From: a virus
Taxonomy: Duplodnaviria > Caudoviricetes
Length of the DNA stretch: 38,163 bases
Strand: one strand, 5' to 3'
Virus record (IMG/VR): IMGVR_UViG_3300023197_000052
Span: 1-38,163 of that record
A model generated the notes under the pieces. It saw nothing but the letters and a program-made list of their open reading frames with translations, was not told the origin of the DNA and made no database searches. The translations under genes were made by a program, and so were the position numbers. This document shows, one piece after another, positions 34,475 through 38,163 of this stretch (the stretch's first letter is position 1; every line of letters begins with the position of its first letter).

Positions 34475-35760
34475 TGAGCATGCAGCGACTCCAACAACGG
34501 TCGCCGGGCAGAGCGCCGCGCACGGCGGCCCTTCTTGGTCGCGCGCCTTTCGACCCCCGGCAGATTCCCGGTTGCAAGCTGTGGTTGTCGGCCGAGCATC
34601 TTGTCACGCCACGCGGCACGGCGATTGGGTCGTGGCTCGATGCCAGTGGCCACGATCACGGCCTCACCCAGTCCACCTCCAGCAAGAAGCCCACGTTTGG
34701 CGGTGAGAGCTATAACCTCATCCCGTGGAGTGAAGAGCTTGACAGGTGGGCTACCAATAACGCATCAGTCACTACTGACGCGGCGGTTGCTCCCGGCGGC
34801 AGTTCGACGGCTGAAAAGCTGGTTGAAGATTCATCCGATGGTAAACACCTAATCCGCGGATCGCTCAATTTTACGAGCACTCCGGTCACATTCTCGGTAT
34901 TTCTGAAACAGGCCGAGCGAGAGTGGGGCATCGTTAACCCAAACGGAGGAGGCGATGCGGCTTGGTTTGATCTAAAAAACGGTGTGGTTGGTGCAATTCA
35001 AGGGGATGTCGCGGATTCTGGTATCGAACCGGCTAACAACGGTTTCTTCCGATGTTGGGTGGTTTCTTCTGCCGTGTCTACAAGTACCGCGTTTCCAGAG
35101 ATTCTTCTTGCTGACGCAGATAACTCGAATGTGTATCAAGGCGACGGCTCCTCTGGTATTTATGTTTGGGGCGCTCAGTTTGTAGAAGGGAGTGACCGCC
35201 TCCCCTACCAACGCACCGGCCCCGAGCCCTCCGCCAACGCCCGGTTGCTGCACTTCGACGGTGCGGACGACTTCCTCGGAACATCCGCCCCGGCGATAGC
35301 AGACCTTCACGAGACCGAGAACTGGTGTCTCGGGGCGTGGTTTCGAACCGATACGCCCGCCTCACGCCAAGCCATCATCGGGTCTTTGAAGTTTGGGGTG
35401 TCGGTCTACGAGTTTGGGTTGATAATTTCTGGGGGCGGGGACGCGGGCGTGTTCCTGCGGGATCAAAACAACAACGCCTCTTTTGTGGTGGCCGGCTCGG
35501 CGGACACTGATTGGCACTTTTTAGTAGCTAATCGCAAGCCGGGCGTGTTCGAGTGTTGGCAGGATGGCGTAAAGCAGAACTCAGCCTCCACCAACATCAC
35601 TAAAACGAACAATGCGAATCGCCCTTTCCGGATAGGCGGCACCTACGACGGTGTAGATTTCTTTAACGGGCGTATTCATTCCGCCTACGCCTTCAATCGC
35701 GGGTTGACGGACAACGAGATTGCGATGCTCTACAACAAGACGAAGGGGTTGGTTGTATGA
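34474..35760 (+). CDS. LamG-like protein with inserted fibre/carbohydrate-binding-type beta-sandwich domain
   Basis: FDP..I.G.KLWL.A, W.DASG, FDGADDFL, FRIGG...FFNGRI...FNR.LT..EI; insert NLIPWSE...TFSVFLK...NGFFRCW...IYVWGAQ...PYQRT. Confidence 0.8.
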   Translation: MSMQRLQQRSPGRAPRTAALLGRAPFDPRQIPGCKLWLSAEHLVTPRGTAIGSWLDASGHDHGLTQSTSSKKPTFGGESYNLIPWSEELDRWATNNASVTTDAAVAPGGSSTAEKLVEDSSDGKHLIRGSLNFTSTPVTFSVFLKQAEREWGIVNPNGGGDAAWFDLKNGVVGAIQGDVADSGIEPANNGFFRCWVVSSAVSTSTAFPEILLADADNSNVYQGDGSSGIYVWGAQFVEGSDRLPYQRTGPEPSANARLLHFDGADDFLGTSAPAIADLHETENWCLGAWFRTDTPASRQAIIGSLKFGVSVYEFGLIISGGGDAGVFLRDQNNNASFVVAGSADTDWHFLVANRKPGVFECWQDGVKQNSASTNITKTNNANRPFRIGGTYDGVDFFNGRIHSAYAFNRGLTDNEIAMLYNKTKGLVV

Positions 35761-36092
35761 GTATGGACATCCCGAACACCGTGGACCGCGCTCACATCGT
35801 CGTGGCGGCGTCTGACCGCGATGCGGCCAACCAGTTCGCCGCACAGGTCGATCCCGATTCCGGCGGGCCGTACACCTTCAACATCCCGCTTATCCCCAGC
35901 GACGGCCCCGACGACGCCGAGCCGACCCATTATGGGTGCTCTACGCGGTTGACCGGGAGCGGGGCTGCACAGGTGGAACAACTGAAACCTCAGCTTGGAA
36001 GCGTGCAACTCTACTGGCTGAGCGGGGGCTGGACGTGGGGCCGTGCGTTGGAAGACGCCGGCCTGAAGAAGCAAAAAAGCGGAGCGGAATAG
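35757..36092 (+). CDS. Small protein coupled to the LamG gene (possible fibre-associated factor)
   Basis: 111 aa, ATGA overlap; D.AN......TF..PL...G...PTHY.C pattern. Confidence 0.65.
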   Translation: MSMDIPNTVDRAHIVVAASDRDAANQFAAQVDPDSGGPYTFNIPLIPSDGPDDAEPTHYGCSTRLTGSGAAQVEQLKPQLGSVQLYWLSGGWTWGRALEDAGLKKQKSGAE

Positions 36093-36107
36093 TAAGGCAC
36101 GGACGCC

Positions 36108-36863
36108 ATGCAAACAACGATGCAAAACGTGCTCGAGGGCCGGCAGCGCTACGCGGCATTGCATGGCGACTGTCTCGATATCCCGCGCCGTATGCCCGAA
36201 GGAGCAATCGATGCATGCATTATTGATCCACCCTATGGCATGCAGTACCAGGGAAAGAACGCCCACCGTCAAGCCATTGCCAACGACGATCGTCCCTTCA
36301 TCTGGTGGCTGCACGATGCGTTCCGTTTGCTCAAAGACAGCGCGGCGCTGGCGTGCTTCTGTCGCTGGAAGGATCAACAGGATTGGCGCACGGCGATTCG
36401 CCTGGCCGGCTTCCAGATCCGCTCTCAGGTGATCTGGGATCGCATGCAGCACGGCATGGGCCATCCCGGCGCGACCTTCGCCCCGCGTCACGATGTGATC
36501 TGGTTCGCGACCAAAGGGCGCTACCGCTTCCCCGGAGGCCGGCCGCCAACCGTGCTGCAACATCAAAAGCCGGCGGCCAAACACCTTCGTCATTCGACCG
36601 AAAAGCCGCTGGCGTTGATGCACGAGTTGGTGGCGTATCTGACCGCAGCCGGCGATGTCGTCTACGACCCGTGCATGGGCTCGGGGTCCACGGGTGAAGC
36701 GGCCGTGGAGCTGGGCCGGCGATTCATCGGCATCGAGCTAGACGGATCGCATTGCGAAACCGCGCGGCAGCGGATGCGCCGCGCGACTCGTCGTGGCCGC
36801 GATGTAGCCACGAAACCCGCGGGCGGCATTCACGCCATTGAGCGAATGCGAGCTGTGGCATGA
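36108..36863 (+). CDS. DNA N6-adenine/N4-cytosine methyltransferase (beta class), orphan
   Basis: GDCL, DPPY (motif IV), H.TEKP, DPCMGSGSTG (motif I), FIGIEL. Confidence 0.93.
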   Translation: MQTTMQNVLEGRQRYAALHGDCLDIPRRMPEGAIDACIIDPPYGMQYQGKNAHRQAIANDDRPFIWWLHDAFRLLKDSAALACFCRWKDQQDWRTAIRLAGFQIRSQVIWDRMQHGMGHPGATFAPRHDVIWFATKGRYRFPGGRPPTVLQHQKPAAKHLRHSTEKPLALMHELVAYLTAAGDVVYDPCMGSGSTGEAAVELGRRFIGIELDGSHCETARQRMRRATRRGRDVATKPAGGIHAIERMRAVA

Positions 36864-37168
36864 GCGAGGCACACACCATCACCGAAGCCGAGGTTTATCG
36901 CGCCGTCTGCCAGGTGACCGGGCTCAATCGGTACTGGCTGCGGACGAGCCTGATGCGCGATCACTTCTGCCAAGCACGCGTGGTCGCCGCGCTCGCGCTG
37001 CGCGATTGGTGTGACATGAGCTGGCCGCAAATCGCAGCCTCGCTAAACCGAGCCCACAGCTCGGTGATCGAAATCCACCGGCGACGCGCCAGCGACCAGG
37101 AGGTGGTCGAGGATCTCCAGCGCGTCCACGAGCGTTTACGCCAGCTTCGAAAGGCCATCGATGACTGA
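36860..37168 (+). CDS. DnaA C-terminal (domain IV)-like HTH protein
   Basis: V..AVC..TG......AR.VA..ALR..CDMSWPQIA..LNR.HSSVI pattern. Confidence 0.75.
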   Translation: MSEAHTITEAEVYRAVCQVTGLNRYWLRTSLMRDHFCQARVVAALALRDWCDMSWPQIAASLNRAHSSVIEIHRRRASDQEVVEDLQRVHERLRQLRKAIDD

Positions 37169-37349
37169 TCAATCGGACCATCAGCCGGCACCGGCCCATC
37201 CTGCCACCACGGTCTGTGTCCAGTGCCACGCGGTCGTGGTGTTGCCCGGGTGCCGGCGGTGCGGGGCGGCATACTGCGGACACTGCCGACAGTTCGACCA
37301 CGTCGATGGGTACGACCATTGCCCGGCGTGTGGCGAGAGGTATCGATGA
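37161..37349 (+). CDS. Small Cys-rich zinc-finger-like protein
   Basis: Four CxxC pairs in 62 aa; overlapping start/stop with both neighbours. Confidence 0.6.
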   Translation: MTDQSDHQPAPAHPATTVCVQCHAVVVLPGCRRCGAAYCGHCRQFDHVDGYDHCPACGERYR

Positions 37350-37786
37350 TCGCTGAGCTCACCCGAGACCAGAAAAAGCAGCGCATCCTCAACGCGCTGC
37401 AGCGCCGCCGCGAACGCCGGCCGGACCAGACGCCCAGGTCGCTGCCGGCCATGGCGATCGCTCGGGCGCTGGGCATCCGCCCGCGCGGCAATCGCGGCTC
37501 GCGCCGGCGCGGGGTCCGCATCCTCATCCGCGAGCTGCGGGAGCACGACGGCCAGCCGATCCTGATGGACCAGCGGGGCTACTACCTCGGCCAGGACGCC
37601 GCCGACTACCAGCGCGCCGAGGCCCACGCCCGCCGCTCGGGCCTGAGCCAGCTCGCGCTGGGCGCGACGATACGCCACCACCCCGAGCACCACGACGCCA
37701 CCGGCCAGCTCACCATCGCCGCCGCTTTGCCCAGCGACCGCCGCTCCATCTCACAACCGGCTTCATCCGACAGGCGAGCCACGTGA
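37346..37786 (+). CDS. Putative winged-helix DNA-binding protein
   Basis: IARALGI....R.VR.LI.ELR...G.PI....RGYYL pattern; ATGA coupling. Confidence 0.7.
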   Translation: MIAELTRDQKKQRILNALQRRRERRPDQTPRSLPAMAIARALGIRPRGNRGSRRRGVRILIRELREHDGQPILMDQRGYYLGQDAADYQRAEAHARRSGLSQLALGATIRHHPEHHDATGQLTIAAALPSDRRSISQPASSDRRAT

Positions 37787-37863
37787 CGGGGCGCCGAAGG
37801 CGCGCCGAGCGCCGAAGGTCGCGGCGCTCGCGCCCCGCTTGATTGTTTCACAGGCGGCCCGTT

Positions 37864-38018
37864 TTTGCCATTTACTGTCACACGCCTCGCCGATCGGCCG
37901 CTTTTTTGCCATTTCGATTTGCTCCCCGACGACCGGCTCACTTTTCCATAACTCACTATTAGTTCTGTAGTTGCCACCATAGGACGGCAAACCGACACGG
38001 TTGCCATTTCGATCGCCG
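37864..38018 (-). repeat. Right-end transposase-binding-type repeats (three sites)
   Basis: TTTGCCATTTACTGTCACAC (37864-37883), TTTGCCATTTCGAT (37905-37918), TTGCCATTTCGATCGCCG (38001-38018). Confidence 0.85.
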
Positions 38019-38163
38019 GATTACGGTTTCACGTGGCCGCCGCGAGTCTTATTCCTGTTTGAGCGCAAGCCCGCAGCTCGGTTGAGCTGAAGGTTGGCGC
38101 TTTCAGTTCGGTATCTGCCGCGTGTGCTGTCACGCACGCCGGCAACGCCCCGGCCGAAGGTGT

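Larger units (their letters stand above)
26..38026. mobile_element. Mu-like transposable (pro)phage, apparently near-complete
   Basis: Adjacent MuA-like DDE transposase and MuB-like AAA ATPase, GemA-like gene, Mu gp26/27/28-type packaging block, full head and tail gene set, inverted end repeats. Boundaries are approximate. Confidence 0.92.

Noticed and set aside
37788-37838. GC-rich GCCGAAGG-containing hairpin after the last gene (motif also near 297, 327 and 38153)
   Set aside because: Could be a terminator or REP-like element, but the motif is short and GC-rich and there is no clear U-tract; insufficient support.

Overview
The window is an apparently near-complete (~38 kb, GC-rich) Mu-like transposable phage or prophage. 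It is bounded by inverted arrays of transposase-binding-type repeats (about 34-72 and 37864-38018); the exact TG..CA termini and a target duplication could not be fixed. The late operon runs leftward on the - strand: lysis-type genes, Mu-type terminase, HK97-type portal/protease/capsid, a siphovirus-type tail and Cys-rich tail-end genes that hint at a Planctomycetota host. A central accessory/immunity block is followed by a rightward early operon with MuA-like transposase, MuB-like ATPase, GemA-like protein and a DNA methyltransferase. The standout is a compact module just upstream of the transposase: a stand-alone RAMP/Cas7-like gene (27212-27844), a partner gene (27857-28360), and a ~490-bp array of about 91 GGC-NN pentamers cut into blocks by 4-nt GGCN spacers and closed by a hairpin (28334-28851). 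It looks like a non-CRISPR RNA-guided system whose information is carried in the variable dinucleotides. Other observations: a Tad1-like anti-defence sponge in the head-tail module, a 209-bp MITE disrupting an ImmA/IrrE-like peptidase, an XRE-HTH fused into the prohead protease, a tandemly duplicated tail tube protein, two homopolymer frameshifts, and short tandem repeats directly before many start codons. All family calls come from motif recognition by eye, not database searches.
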